A stretch of DNA of 64,000 bases from the IMG/VR virus record IMGVR_UViG_3300036827_000034, positions 35 to 64,034 of that record. The stretch is one strand, 5' to 3'. The notes beneath the pieces were generated by a model, which was not told the origin of the DNA, ran no database searches, and worked only from the letters and a program-made list of their open reading frames with translations. Shown in pieces: positions 28,553 through 38,374 of the stretch; within the stretch, counting starts at the first letter, position 1, and each line of letters starts with the position of its first letter. The DNA comes from a virus. Its lineage: Duplodnaviria > Caudoviricetes. The translations under genes and the position numbers were made by a program.

Positions 28553-30226
28553 TCATGGGGCCAACGCCACCACCGTCCATTTAGTCCCGTTTGAACTGAA
28601 TCGACCAATAACGCGCGTTGACCCGCTACCAGCAGCTACGATGTCCGCGCCGAACGTCGAAGTGTTGCCGTCGGTGAACAACCACAAATCTCCTTCCAGG
28701 CAATAGGCATCAGCGGGCCGGTTGGCGACGGTGCTGTTTGGTGTAAAGTTGGTGCCATCATCAGATTGAATAGCAACGGTGCTTACCGGATACGAAAGCA
28801 ACCCCGTACCGGGTGCCCCATGAGAATTTGATAGCCCAACGCTTCTGAACCTAATTGCGTAGGAACCAGAAAGAACGCCAGAATCAAAGGTAATGCAATT
28901 GCCGCTGAAATCGCCGTCGAAGTTGGTATTCTGAACTTGGATTTGATTGACCGAGCCAGTTGCGTGCAATCCGTTCACGCTGCTATTCGCTGCCGTGCCA
29001 TGGACTGAAAGCGTATCGAGTGTGATTGAACCAGAACCATGGATGACAATTGCATCGCCAGAATTGGCCTCGAATGTCGTATGATCGACCTTGACCTTGC
29101 TCGCCCCGGATAGATCAATACCGTTACCATTGATTTCAACCCGTCCACCATGTAGCCCAAGGCCGACACAGCCGCTCGGTTCGGCTAGGATGGCGGTGCC
29201 GAAGCCGGTAACATCAAAGCCAAATACCGCGCTCTCCCCGCCCATCCAGAAACCGACACCGATGCCACCCGCACCATTGCCATTACAGTTGTAGAGTTTG
29301 ACCGTGCAATCCTGCGCGCCGTAGTAGGCGTAATAACCTGCCATATCACAATCGTAGAGACCGCCACCATAGTAGGCGATCATCGAGACGCCGCCGCCGC
29401 GTGGCGCATAGGAGCCGCCGCTAACGTAGGAACCCGGATCAACATCAAGGTGATATTGAAACGATGAGGCGCCATCAAAGTAGCAGCCGACGAGCCCGTT
29501 GTAGCCGCTCGGACTAACGCTTGCGATATTCATCAACCTCGACTGCCCAACCGTGTAGCCGTGCGGAGCAGATAGTGTGACGGTTACGCCGGGCTGACCA
29601 TTTAAGTTGCCGCCAGTAATACTGGCCGACCATGATGCGCCATTGATGGTGGTGATCGCAGAAGCCAGTGTTGATTTAGTATTGTTGAACTTGATGCCGC
29701 GAATAGCGCGGCTGCCACCTGCGGAACCAGTGTTCCGCAGCACCTTGCGAAAAATGAAATCGTCCATGCTGGCAGTGAACACCGTGCCGTTTCCCGCGCC
29801 TTCCAAAATAAAAGTGCCATTGCCACCAAGAGCATCGACGTTGATGCCCTCCGTGAATTTATAGGTTCCGGCAGGCGCAACGATCCTGCCTTTACCCGAA
29901 GTCATCGCTGAGTTCAGCGCCGCCGAGCAATCGTTGGTGCCGGTGTTGTCCGCGCCGTATTCGAGGATGTTGGCATAATCGGCCCAGCGATCAGGGTCGG
30001 TCCGGTTAGCTGATCCGCCTGTTGCTGGATAGGCGAACGTCGTAAATGGAACATCGGTCGCATGAGCTCCGGTGGCCGCAAGCATCCCTGCTGCTGAAAG
30101 CCCGCCAAGCAGGGCGCGACGGCTTAGGCTTCGTGCGACTGGAACATACGCCTCGCCAGTCCGCAGATGATGCTCGAAAGCGCGGCGGCTGAACTCGGCC
30201 CAATATGCTTTGCGGCGATCCTGCAT
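28553..30226 (-). CDS. Parallel beta-helix (pectate-lyase-3-like) tailspike/depolymerase with Tat-like signal
   Basis: SRRALLGGLSAAGMLAATGAHA; NILEYGADNTGTNDCSAALNSA, PAGTY; beta-helix repeats. Confidence 0.75.
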   Translation of the reverse strand: MQDRRKAYWAEFSRRAFEHHLRTGEAYVPVARSLSRRALLGGLSAAGMLAATGAHATDVPFTTFAYPATGGSANRTDPDRWADYANILEYGADNTGTNDCSAALNSAMTSGKGRIVAPAGTYKFTEGINVDALGGNGTFILEGAGNGTVFTASMDDFIFRKVLRNTGSAGGSRAIRGIKFNNTKSTLASAITTINGASWSASITGGNLNGQPGVTVTLSAPHGYTVGQSRLMNIASVSPSGYNGLVGCYFDGASSFQYHLDVDPGSYVSGGSYAPRGGGVSMIAYYGGGLYDCDMAGYYAYYGAQDCTVKLYNCNGNGAGGIGVGFWMGGESAVFGFDVTGFGTAILAEPSGCVGLGLHGGRVEINGNGIDLSGASKVKVDHTTFEANSGDAIVIHGSGSITLDTLSVHGTAANSSVNGLHATGSVNQIQVQNTNFDGDFSGNCITFDSGVLSGSYAIRFRSVGLSNSHGAPGTGLLSYPVSTVAIQSDDGTNFTPNSTVANRPADAYCLEGDLWLFTDGNTSTFGADIVAAGSGSTRVIGRFSSNGTKWTVVALAP

Positions 30227-30376
30227 TTAATGAGCCAGTAGTTTGTTGCCGCTGCCATCGATCAGTTGATTGCTACTGCCGTCAACAAGAAACAAAGAAC
30301 CGAACACGCTACCGTGCCAAAATGCATAGGCTGGCACAGCGAGGCTGAGCAGAATTGCAACGAGGACAATCTTCAT
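30227..30376 (-). CDS. 49-aa secreted protein
   Basis: MKIVLVAILLSLAVPAYA-FWHG...LVDGSSNQLIDGSGNKLL; fills the gap exactly; not in ORF track. Confidence 0.7.
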   Translation of the reverse strand: MKIVLVAILLSLAVPAYAFWHGSVFGSLFLVDGSSNQLIDGSGNKLLAH

Positions 30377-31032
30377 GCGCCCCAGCCCCAGACAAAGTAT
30401 GCCTGTAAAAGCGTGGCGTTGGTGCCACCATCGCTATCGACAAATCGAAGATCGACGATGTTGTCAGCGGCGGTCCCGGAATTAAAATGGAAGTTCATAA
30501 CAAATTTGGTATAATTATTTCCAGCCGCTGTTGCCGCAAATCCAGCGTCAATGACACCTGCGCCCCCAGTAGAAGTGCTCCCTATTGCGCCAGCCCCTGA
30601 TGATATGTCCATCCAATACTGCACGATGTCTGCGCCAGATGCTGCACTCCCGACAATGGCAACTTCGGCCCAAACTGGAACCGCTTGAGTTAAAATATAT
30701 ACAGTAAGGCTATAGTGCGTCCCCGCCGCCATCGTAATTGGAATAGTGGTGCGGAATGCAGCAAATCCCGTGGCAGCACTGGATTGGATTGAGCTTGCAG
30801 TGTTGGTGCTATCGGGAGCAAGCGACGTGTTATTCTGGAAAACTGCATTCAGCCCGGACCACGACGCATCACCAAAATTATTTGGTGCGGTAAGATGAAG
30901 AACAGTTGGCGCTACTGTGCCACCCCCAAACCCGCCCACCCCCGTTGTCAGCAAATTGCTCCGCGCCGTCTGCGTCAGGCAGAGCAGTCCGATCCAGAAT
31001 AGAGCGAGCGAGAAGGCGAGGGTGCGGCGCAT
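30373..31032 (-). CDS. Secreted carbohydrate-binding-like spike protein
   Basis: Signal peptide, LLTTGVGG, F..ASW, APDST.TA, ends VWG. Confidence 0.65.
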   Translation of the reverse strand: MRRTLAFSLALFWIGLLCLTQTARSNLLTTGVGGFGGGTVAPTVLHLTAPNNFGDASWSGLNAVFQNNTSLAPDSTNTASSIQSSAATGFAAFRTTIPITMAAGTHYSLTVYILTQAVPVWAEVAIVGSAASGADIVQYWMDISSGAGAIGSTSTGGAGVIDAGFAATAAGNNYTKFVMNFHFNSGTAADNIVDLRFVDSDGGTNATLLQAYFVWGWGA

Positions 31033-32192
31033 TACTTATAGTCGGCGTTGATGATGAAGTTGTTCGCTGATGCGCTTTGAATATCGCTCGATATGATGTT
31101 GACGGTAAGGCACCACGCGATGCCGCTAGAGAATTGCGCATCAAGCACGGTCGCATTGTTGCCCGCGCCGTTCGCCGCAGTCGATGCGACCGGAATGATG
31201 ATCTGCTTCTTCACCGGATCGACGCCGCAGTTAGGATTGCGGTTGAGGTCGTAGAATTTCAGCCATGCAGGCGACGAACTGATAGTGCTAGTCTGCACCG
31301 CATGAAGGATGCCAGCGGCACCTTTGATGACGCCAAATCCTTGCGGCCCGACCAGCATCGCGAACGGCGACCAGCCGCCCGATGACACCGCGCTGATGCC
31401 GACCGTGCCGATGGCGAGATTGCCTGCCGGGATAGGAGAATTGACCGAACTGTTGACGGTGTTGATAGCGGCCAGCACCGCATCGGAATTGATCTCGCGG
31501 ACACTGCCGGAAACCGTCACGGCAGAAGCATTATCGACCGACACCGAAAGCTGATTCGATGCATTGACGTTGGCACCGCGGGTATTTCCTGCGGCGTCCA
31601 TGATGACGTTGCGCAAGCGGCCCTTGCTGTCGGCCTGCAATGCAAATGTCTGGGCGCTAACCGGGGAAATCTCAGTCGAATTATAGATTGCTCCCGCGAT
31701 CAGCGAATGGGCCGGGGCCGATCCGACACCAATACCCGCAAGCCCCCATGTCGAGATCGTGGTCGGATCGACAGTAAAGGCGCCTGATTGTGACACAGGC
31801 TGGGCACCTGTAGGCGACACCACCAAGGCACCAGCAGCGGTGACGGTGGCGGAATTTCCGCCTTGGTTGATGGTCGAGAGCCATGGCGTCGAGTTTGGCG
31901 TATTGCCGGGCTGTACCGTCCAAGTCCCAGACTGCGCCGCGCTGCCAGACACGATTGCCGCACCGCTTGAATTGACGGTCAGGCAGTTTGCCGCTGCGCT
32001 GCTGTCGCAGATGCCAGTTCTTGAGACGAAATTGCCCCCACCTTCGGTGATGATGCTGAATGTCCGGTTTACGCCGCTCGCATCCTTGGTGATGATCGTT
32101 CCCGAACCTGCCCATGCTTGCCCGAACGGCGCTAGAACAAGCGCGATGGCGAGTAAGACCCGACGCATGGTCATGGCGGTTTTCCTTTTCAT
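31032..32192 (-). CDS. Secreted S/T/A/G-rich structural protein
   Basis: RRVLLAIALVLAPFGQAWA; QSGTWTVQPGNTPN.TPW; WLKFYD...FSSGI. Confidence 0.7.
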   Translation of the reverse strand: MKRKTAMTMRRVLLAIALVLAPFGQAWAGSGTIITKDASGVNRTFSIITEGGGNFVSRTGICDSSAAANCLTVNSSGAAIVSGSAAQSGTWTVQPGNTPNSTPWLSTINQGGNSATVTAAGALVVSPTGAQPVSQSGAFTVDPTTISTWGLAGIGVGSAPAHSLIAGAIYNSTEISPVSAQTFALQADSKGRLRNVIMDAAGNTRGANVNASNQLSVSVDNASAVTVSGSVREINSDAVLAAINTVNSSVNSPIPAGNLAIGTVGISAVSSGGWSPFAMLVGPQGFGVIKGAAGILHAVQTSTISSSPAWLKFYDLNRNPNCGVDPVKKQIIIPVASTAANGAGNNATVLDAQFSSGIAWCLTVNIISSDIQSASANNFIINADYK

Positions 32193-32386
32193 CGCAAGAT
32201 CACCAGATATTGCGTGGTATTGCAGCCATCGGAAAAGTCGAGTTGTCCTGCATTGCATGGGGGGCCAGAAGGCATAGCCGCACCACCTGAATTGCCCGCG
32301 CCGGTCGTGGTCATCTGCGCATGTGACATTGTTGCGGCTACCGCCAGCAACAGCGCAGAAAGAATGAAGAACCTAGCGAAATGCAT
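32189..32386 (-). CDS. Small secreted protein
   Basis: MHFARFFILSALLLAVAATMSHA-QMTTTGAG...LDFSDGCN. Confidence 0.65.
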   Translation of the reverse strand: MHFARFFILSALLLAVAATMSHAQMTTTGAGNSGGAAMPSGPPCNAGQLDFSDGCNTTQYLVILR

Positions 32387-32786
32387 AGTAAACAATCGCC
32401 TGCGCTGCATTGCCGGCGCTCGCGTTGATGCAGAGATTATTGCCCAAAGGCACGAATAGCCCACGGAATACAGGGCTAGGATCGACAAGGCCAGTTTGTG
32501 TGGTGAACTGGAAAGCTGGGGTGATTGCGGTAGTCCCCGTCCCACAAGTCGCGTCAGACCCATAGACCAATTTGAGATTGACCGTGCTGGCGGCATAGAA
32601 AGTATAGCCGCAAATGTAGATATTTGCGTTCGATCTGCCCGTCACCAATAGTGTCGAGCCATTGGTGGAATTGTCATAAAGCTTGGAGAGATTGCAGGCA
32701 ACGCCGGGGGTTTGGGCCTGCGTAGTCGGCGGCCAGAGCGCCAATGCCAGCAATAACCCTAGCAGTAACGCAATCCGGCGAATCAT
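32373..32786 (-). CDS. Secreted Cys-containing protein
   Basis: MIRRIALLLGLLLALALWPPTTQA; IYICG, CGTGT, LCI. Confidence 0.75.
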   Translation of the reverse strand: MIRRIALLLGLLLALALWPPTTQAQTPGVACNLSKLYDNSTNGSTLLVTGRSNANIYICGYTFYAASTVNLKLVYGSDATCGTGTTAITPAFQFTTQTGLVDPSPVFRGLFVPLGNNLCINASAGNAAQAIVYYAFR

Positions 32787-32797
32787 GGCGGTAGCTC

Positions 32798-33040
32798 CTA
32801 CGGGGGCTTGCGAGCAAGCAAACGCTGTGCTGTTTCGCGCGCTGCCGAAAGGACATCTCCGCCAGGACGGACCTGATCCGATGCCACCTCAAATTGCGTG
32901 CCGTCTTGGCTTGTACCACTAAATTTCAGTCTTTGAAACTGGATCGTGTCCTTCGTCTCATAGCTCAGATACGCCTTTTGCGCCGAGAACGCCGGTTCGG
33001 CCACTTCGTTGAAGGCTTGCTTGAGTTCAGCGACCCCCAA
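32798..33040 (-). CDS. Hypothetical protein
   Basis: GGAGG RBS + TTG. Confidence 0.55.
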   Translation of the reverse strand: MGVAELKQAFNEVAEPAFSAQKAYLSYETKDTIQFQRLKFSGTSQDGTQFEVASDQVRPGGDVLSAARETAQRLLARKPP

Positions 33041-33326
33041 GATCGCCTCCGTGTGGTTTGAAATTCGGGTGGTCCGTCCGCGCTGCCCATTCGGCTAATT
33101 TCTTGCGAACCTGCATCCGTTGGCATGGACCGCATTCGCAATCATGACCGAGCATCCAAGTATTCGTTCCAACGGGATTTCCGGTTGTCTCGCAGAGTTC
33201 AACTTCCTGCCGCTCATGCCGATTCATGGCTCGATAACCCCGAAAATGATGCCAAAGAGAACCAGCCAGAACATCAGCATGAACCCGCCCACTATCGCGA
33301 AGATCAAGACGGTTCGCTGCTGACAT
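33027..33326 (-). CDS. Hypothetical Cys-containing protein (start uncertain)
   Basis: NPVGTNTW...C.C..CQ. Confidence 0.45.
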   Translation of the reverse strand: MSAANRLDLRDSGRVHADVLAGSLWHHFRGYRAMNRHERQEVELCETTGNPVGTNTWMLGHDCECGPCQRMQVRKKLAEWAARTDHPNFKPHGGDLGGR

Positions 33327-33330
33327 TCCG

Positions 33331-34923
33331 TCATGCTGCCCATCCTGATGATTTAGGCTTGTCGCGGAAGCGCCTATCGTCGTTTCGGTCGCGTTCCGGT
33401 TTATCCGGTTTCAGGCCCATTGCCAATTGCTGGACGGCATCGCTTCCGTGGCTTGCCAAATCATGGATCGGGTCCGACGAAAACACCCCCAATTGCTTGT
33501 TCCACCGCTTGCGATAGTTTTCCAATCGCGAGAGGCCAACGCCACAGTTATCCGAATCAATCCATGCCAAGTTAAGCAGTCGCCGCCCAGCCTCGATCGC
33601 ATCTGCCTTGACCGCCACCCGCGGCACAACCTCGAACTTAACGCCTAAGCCATCCGCGACTTGCTTCCGGCTTTGCGCATTGTTCGCCCAATCCCGGTTA
33701 TCCAGATCGTGTGGGCCATAGTGCTTGCCATAGACGAAGCTGCGTTCCTTCCGCTTCTCGTCAACCACACCGCAGGCCGCTTGCAGGCTCGAGCCTTCTT
33801 CCTCCCAATAGTCGATCAGCCTGTGCCGAACGCCATCGGTCTGATGAAACCAGATCGCGGTGCAGTCCTCGCCAATGTCCCATGCCGTGTTGACGGGGCG
33901 CGTCGGATCGTGCGGCACCATCTGGCCGATACGGCCCTCGCGGCGAGCCTTGTTGATCTCGATTTTCCAATAGGCACCCTCAACGCTGCTATAAAAAAGC
34001 TCCCCGATCTCTGACGGGTATTCGGACTTCATCGAGTCCGGACCAAGCTCCTCATATTTCTTGGCGTACCAAGCGCGCTGGTCGTGATCGAGCGCGATGT
34101 GGTGCTTCTGCCGCAGGATGTCGAAATACTCGCGCAAGTCATGCGGCACGACGACGAGGTTATTCGGCAGGCGGTATTCCTGTTTGATCCACCAGCCATA
34201 GAAATTGAGTTTGAAATCCAGGCTTGTGAGCGGTTGCTTTCTATCCGCTGCTTGGCGTGACCGCTGCACCATGTCGTAAAATAGCCCAGCCGTGCCATGC
34301 GCCGTGCTTTCGACCCATACCCGACCGGATGCCGGAACGGCTTGAACCGCGCCAGTAATGATTTCCTTTGCTGTTTCTGGTGAATCGACGCTGATCTTGC
34401 CGAACTCGCTGACATGCAAGAGGCTGGGAGTTCCACCACGGTAGGACGTACCAACCGTAACCGTCGATCCGTTTGACCAAGTAAGCTCCTTTTCATTGGC
34501 CTTCACGAGCGGGCGGGCATGACGCAAATCCGCTCCCAATTCTCCCGGCATATTGTCGTAGGCGAATTTAATCATCGTCAGCTTATCAACCGCATCATCA
34601 AGCGAGCGATCGACCACGCCGGCAGTCGTGCCAGAATGGAATAGGCACTCGTCTAGGATGTCTATTGCGATGAAGGTTGAGAAACCTAACTTGCGGGACT
34701 TGGCGATGACGTTGCGGCACCATGCAGTCTCACAAAACGCCCGCTGCGCCTCGTTCCGCACGAACCTGATCTTGTCGCCGTTCTCAGCCCTGATCTGGTA
34801 GAGGCTATCGAGCCGCCATTCGCGATCCGCTAGATGCTCGCGGAGCTTCTGCCCTTGTGGGCTGAGTTTCTGGCGTTCGATGTCGGCGGGATCAGGCATT
34901 CTTGGTGAGTGTCCATCGAACAT
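33331..34923 (-). CDS. terL: Terminase large subunit
   Basis: WRL..LY.I, KSRKLGFST (Walker A), LHVSEFG (Walker B), ESTA.G, AWDIG.D, PHD, H..SHGSDA. Confidence 0.95.
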   Translation of the reverse strand: MFDGHSPRMPDPADIERQKLSPQGQKLREHLADREWRLDSLYQIRAENGDKIRFVRNEAQRAFCETAWCRNVIAKSRKLGFSTFIAIDILDECLFHSGTTAGVVDRSLDDAVDKLTMIKFAYDNMPGELGADLRHARPLVKANEKELTWSNGSTVTVGTSYRGGTPSLLHVSEFGKISVDSPETAKEIITGAVQAVPASGRVWVESTAHGTAGLFYDMVQRSRQAADRKQPLTSLDFKLNFYGWWIKQEYRLPNNLVVVPHDLREYFDILRQKHHIALDHDQRAWYAKKYEELGPDSMKSEYPSEIGELFYSSVEGAYWKIEINKARREGRIGQMVPHDPTRPVNTAWDIGEDCTAIWFHQTDGVRHRLIDYWEEEGSSLQAACGVVDEKRKERSFVYGKHYGPHDLDNRDWANNAQSRKQVADGLGVKFEVVPRVAVKADAIEAGRRLLNLAWIDSDNCGVGLSRLENYRKRWNKQLGVFSSDPIHDLASHGSDAVQQLAMGLKPDKPERDRNDDRRFRDKPKSSGWAA

Positions 34924-35164
34924 AGAGACGATGGAAGAAATTCAGAACGCGCCAACTGTTCCGGCCCTTGTCCTCTGGCAACCATAGTAAGCTGTGTCCA
35001 TGCTCGCCTCGACAATAGGAACAAGTGCAATCTCTAGTGTGACGTTCGATGATGACGTGAGCGCCTGCAATCTCAGCGAGAAGAACTTGCCAATGTGTTT
35101 TGTTCGGCCATTGATCGCCAATAACAAACCGTTGATACCAAGGCGCGGTCGATGGAAAGTTCAT
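34892..35164 (-). CDS. Hypothetical protein
   Basis: ATGA overlap; C.C..C. Confidence 0.5.
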   Translation of the reverse strand: MNFPSTAPWYQRFVIGDQWPNKTHWQVLLAEIAGAHVIIERHTRDCTCSYCRGEHGHSLLWLPEDKGRNSWRVLNFFHRLYVRWTLTKNA

Positions 35165-35388
35165 GCGGCATCCAGCTTCACAATCGGCTTCTTCACCAGC
35201 ACCAATCCGGCGAACTGGTTGGCGGTGAGCTTCTGCCCATAGTAGCTCTCGATCTCGCCCACCACCGCATCGAACGTCTCAGGCGCAAGCTGCAATTCGA
35301 TGTAGGGCGCTTCCACGCCGGGCATGAGGTTCTTGATTTCAGCCACCAGATCGCCAATGGCGAAGGTGATGCGGGAGCGGATAGCCAT
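35161..35388 (-). CDS. Hypothetical protein
   Basis: Tight operon spacing. Confidence 0.55.
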   Translation of the reverse strand: MAIRSRITFAIGDLVAEIKNLMPGVEAPYIELQLAPETFDAVVGEIESYYGQKLTANQFAGLVLVKKPIVKLDAA

Positions 35389-35389
35389 G

Positions 35390-35593
35390 CTATTCCCTTG
35401 GTTTCTTGGCGATCATCCGCCATCCGTCAAGCGAAAGACGAAACCAATACTTCCCATATCGTTCGCTGAATAATGGCGCAGATCGAGGCGCTTTGACGTG
35501 AACCAGATAATCGAAAATCCTGATCCACCATACGCCGCTGGAAAGCGATCCGCCAAAGCCGTGCCGTCCATTGCAGAAGAATTTTGCTGCCAT
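35390..35593 (-). CDS. Hypothetical protein
   Basis: W.RIF...PLFSERYG; stop/start overlap. Confidence 0.55.
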   Translation of the reverse strand: MAAKFFCNGRHGFGGSLSSGVWWIRIFDYLVHVKAPRSAPLFSERYGKYWFRLSLDGWRMIAKKPRE

Positions 35594-35946
35594 CAGGGTA
35601 GCGCGCTTGCATCCACCATTGATATGGACCAGCCACTTTTCACATAAAACACGTCCTTGCCCGAAAGACTTGGCGAGGTGTTTCCAGCGATCACCACCCC
35701 GCCAGAGCGGTTCGGCGGATTGATCTCGTAGCGGATCGTTTGCCCATCCGGTACTTCAATGCGGCAGACATTCGTTCCGTCAGGCGCGGTCGTGGTCGAT
35801 GCCGCAGCCGCGCTCACCGCCACAAGGCTCTGCCCGAGATACGGCTCGACAAGCTGATAGACCGAATCTGAGGAGAACTGCTTCGCCAATACGTTCGGTA
35901 TCTGCTGGAGGCCCTGATAATAAAAAACCCTGACGTTGAATGCCAA
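35593..35946 (-). CDS. Hypothetical protein
   Basis: AGGAGG-5nt-TTG. Confidence 0.65.
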   Translation of the reverse strand: MAFNVRVFYYQGLQQIPNVLAKQFSSDSVYQLVEPYLGQSLVAVSAAAASTTTAPDGTNVCRIEVPDGQTIRYEINPPNRSGGVVIAGNTSPSLSGKDVFYVKSGWSISMVDASALP

Positions 35947-35955
35947 TGCCGCCTC

Positions 35956-36774
35956 CTATGCTTCCACAAAGCTGATGCGATACTTTTTATATTTTGATCG
36001 GTGATCTTGTTCGCAATAGCGCCGGAATGCTTGCTCTTGGGTTTCAGTAGGCAGCATTTCGATGCCGTGCCCCATCATCCCGCCTTTCCATGATGCCTTT
36101 TCGGGACCGACTTCATGCTTAAAGCTGATGTCAAGCGAGCGGCTTTGTTTCTTAGGCACGATATACCCGAGCCACCGAAACCACCCATTCCCGAGCCGAC
36201 GCTCGCGTTCCTCAACAAATGTTTCGACGGCAATCAATTCGTTATCGTAGTCGATGATCGCAAAGTGCGAACGTGTAAGGCCATCACGGATTTCTTGCCA
36301 TTTGTCCCAAGGAAGATTGGAAACATCCGCCGCCAACGACCCATCGGCGTTGTATAGCCGATGAGCAACCTGTCGCCATTGGGTCCATGGCAGGAAGCAT
36401 CCCCAATCCTGCGTCGTCTCACTGTCGTTAGTCTGTGCCCCAAGATGCACTGACAAATGCCCATCACTCAGGCAGAAACCATATTCGCGAGGATGTTCGT
36501 CCCAATAGCCATCGCTTTGCGCCCATTCCTTGCCGCGAAGATCAACCCATTTGCGCCAAGGCTTAATAATCTGCGGAAGTTCGCAGATCATCGTTGCACC
36601 GAATGCCTGAAATCTGATGCAGCATCCGGGGCTTTCGCGTTCCGTGCTGCCCGATGTCAATACGATGGCAAATGGCCGCCAAGTCTCACGATAAGCGAGA
36701 GTGAACGGACCAAGATGATAATCGTTGTCGCCCCATCGGCGCTGGCGTCTCTGGTGCCCAATCGTTTGATCCAT
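35956..36774 (-). CDS. Hypothetical Trp-rich phage protein
   Basis: 272 aa; REYGF, LPW..WR, EVGPEK.SWKGG..G; GGAG RBS. Confidence 0.75.
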   Translation of the reverse strand: MDQTIGHQRRQRRWGDNDYHLGPFTLAYRETWRPFAIVLTSGSTERESPGCCIRFQAFGATMICELPQIIKPWRKWVDLRGKEWAQSDGYWDEHPREYGFCLSDGHLSVHLGAQTNDSETTQDWGCFLPWTQWRQVAHRLYNADGSLAADVSNLPWDKWQEIRDGLTRSHFAIIDYDNELIAVETFVEERERRLGNGWFRWLGYIVPKKQSRSLDISFKHEVGPEKASWKGGMMGHGIEMLPTETQEQAFRRYCEQDHRSKYKKYRISFVEA

Positions 36775-36909
36775 CGCAATCCACTCCTGAATTTATGTGC
36801 GAACCGATGTCCTTGAACGGTGCATACGATCCAAACCCCTTGGTGGCCGCAGGACACCTTTCGTTATCGACCCTCGCACTGGCCGACCAGATGACCCACC
36901 GTGGGGTTG

Positions 36910-37149
36910 TTACGCAAGCTTCTTGCTGATCTCTAGCATGGCGATGCCGAAACGGCCAAAGGCATCTGCGGGACCAAGTTGGAAATTCACAGTCAATCCG
37001 TCCTTCTTGGCGCGGCCCATGCAATCGGTGATCTTCTCGAGCAAATCAGCGACTTCGGCGCGGTATTTGTCAGCCTTTTCCTGATCGGAAAGCGGGTTGA
37101 TGTAAACGATATTGTGCGGCCCGAGGTTGCGAGGTTCATCTTCTGTCAT
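36910..37149 (-). CDS. Hypothetical protein
   Basis: ATGA overlap. Confidence 0.6.
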   Translation of the reverse strand: MTEDEPRNLGPHNIVYINPLSDQEKADKYRAEVADLLEKITDCMGRAKKDGLTVNFQLGPADAFGRFGIAMLEISKKLA

Positions 37150-37754
37150 TTGAATCCACCATTCGCGAATTTGAGCGGTTGCCCGTCAACGGGCACAAAC
37201 TCCAATATCATCCCGTCGATGTCGGGCAGGAGCATACCCTGATCGTTCAAATGCCGCAGGGTTTCGGCGCGGCTTTCCTCGTCCAGCAAGTCCTTGGGTT
37301 TGGTTTCTTTCTTGTGCTTGTCGCAGACGTAGAGATTGGTCAAGGTTTCGACGCGAGGCTCGCCCACCCCGCCCTGCCAGCGAGCGCGGAACCTCTGCTT
37401 GATGCGCCATTTCGCCGGATTAGCGCAGCCATCGCGATCACAGGGCAATACCGGAATCACCACGTCGATCAGTTTGACAGCCGGTATCGGCACAAGTTCG
37501 ATCTTGGCGGTGAGAAAGTCTGGCTCGGGCAAGCCTGAGTCCATCAGGCTATCGCGGATCGTCTCGCGGTTTTTGTCGGACAGGATAAAGCCGCGAACGT
37601 CATCCTTGTGCGCCTCGCAGACTTGAATGGTGGAGTGCATTGAAACGCGATGGTTTACGCCAGGAGCGCAGCAGTTCAGATGCACGTCAACGGCATAGAT
37701 CGCTTCGGCGTCACATTGGTCCCGATGACACTGATGATCGTGGCGCTCGGTCAT
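37146..37754 (-). CDS. Tandem-duplicated putative Zn-binding domain protein
   Basis: Two copies of C.RD.C...A ... VC..HK ... R ... PD ... E.VP. Confidence 0.7.
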   Translation of the reverse strand: MTERHDHQCHRDQCDAEAIYAVDVHLNCCAPGVNHRVSMHSTIQVCEAHKDDVRGFILSDKNRETIRDSLMDSGLPEPDFLTAKIELVPIPAVKLIDVVIPVLPCDRDGCANPAKWRIKQRFRARWQGGVGEPRVETLTNLYVCDKHKKETKPKDLLDEESRAETLRHLNDQGMLLPDIDGMILEFVPVDGQPLKFANGGFK

Positions 37755-37893
37755 CGAAAGATGCTGTCCCTAATAACCTTGTCGCGAGGCCATTTCGCTG
37801 GGGTAAGACGAAACTTCAATGTCGCAAGCATTCGTTGATACTCAGCCCGCGAAACAATGCGGCGTCCGCACTTTACGCGGATGCGCGGTTTCA

Positions 37894-38136
37894 TCAGTAA
37901 TCCCCCGACTCCACTCCTAGCTCATGGCCGTTATCATGCGGCGCAAGCGAACCGAAGATGCGCGGCTTCGATGGTGGCTTGACCTTGGTTTTCTTGCCGA
38001 CGCGCATCGGGAGTTTCTTCACCGACATGCCGTGCGAGGTGGAAACGAAATCCTTTGCTGCGGCTTGTTCAGAGCCGGAAGCATTCTTTTCCGCCCAATG
38101 TGCCCATCGGTTCTGTGCTTGCGATACAACTGGCAT
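37894..38136 (-). CDS. Small basic phage protein
   Basis: MP..S.AQ.R..., KKLP.RV; AGGAGG RBS. Confidence 0.7.
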   Translation of the reverse strand: MPVVSQAQNRWAHWAEKNASGSEQAAAKDFVSTSHGMSVKKLPMRVGKKTKVKPPSKPRIFGSLAPHDNGHELGVESGDY

Positions 38137-38149
38137 GGCTTCCTCCTGT

Positions 38150-38374
38150 TCAACTCGGCGCGTCTCGCGGGTCGAAGATCATACGCAAATGTTTCAACTC
38201 ATGCACATAGACCCAAAGCCTGCCGAATTTATCGGCGTGAACCGCATGAAGCGCATCGCCTACCGGATGCGCTAGTTGATCGAGCGGGTCCGAATCGCAC
38301 TCAATCGGACGATGCCAAAGGCCGTCATTGAGCTTGGATTCAATCGCCTTTATATCCACTGCGGCCTCTCTCAA
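38150..38374 (-). CDS. Hypothetical protein
   Basis: Operon position. Confidence 0.45.
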   Translation of the reverse strand: MREAAVDIKAIESKLNDGLWHRPIECDSDPLDQLAHPVGDALHAVHADKFGRLWVYVHELKHLRMIFDPRDAPS

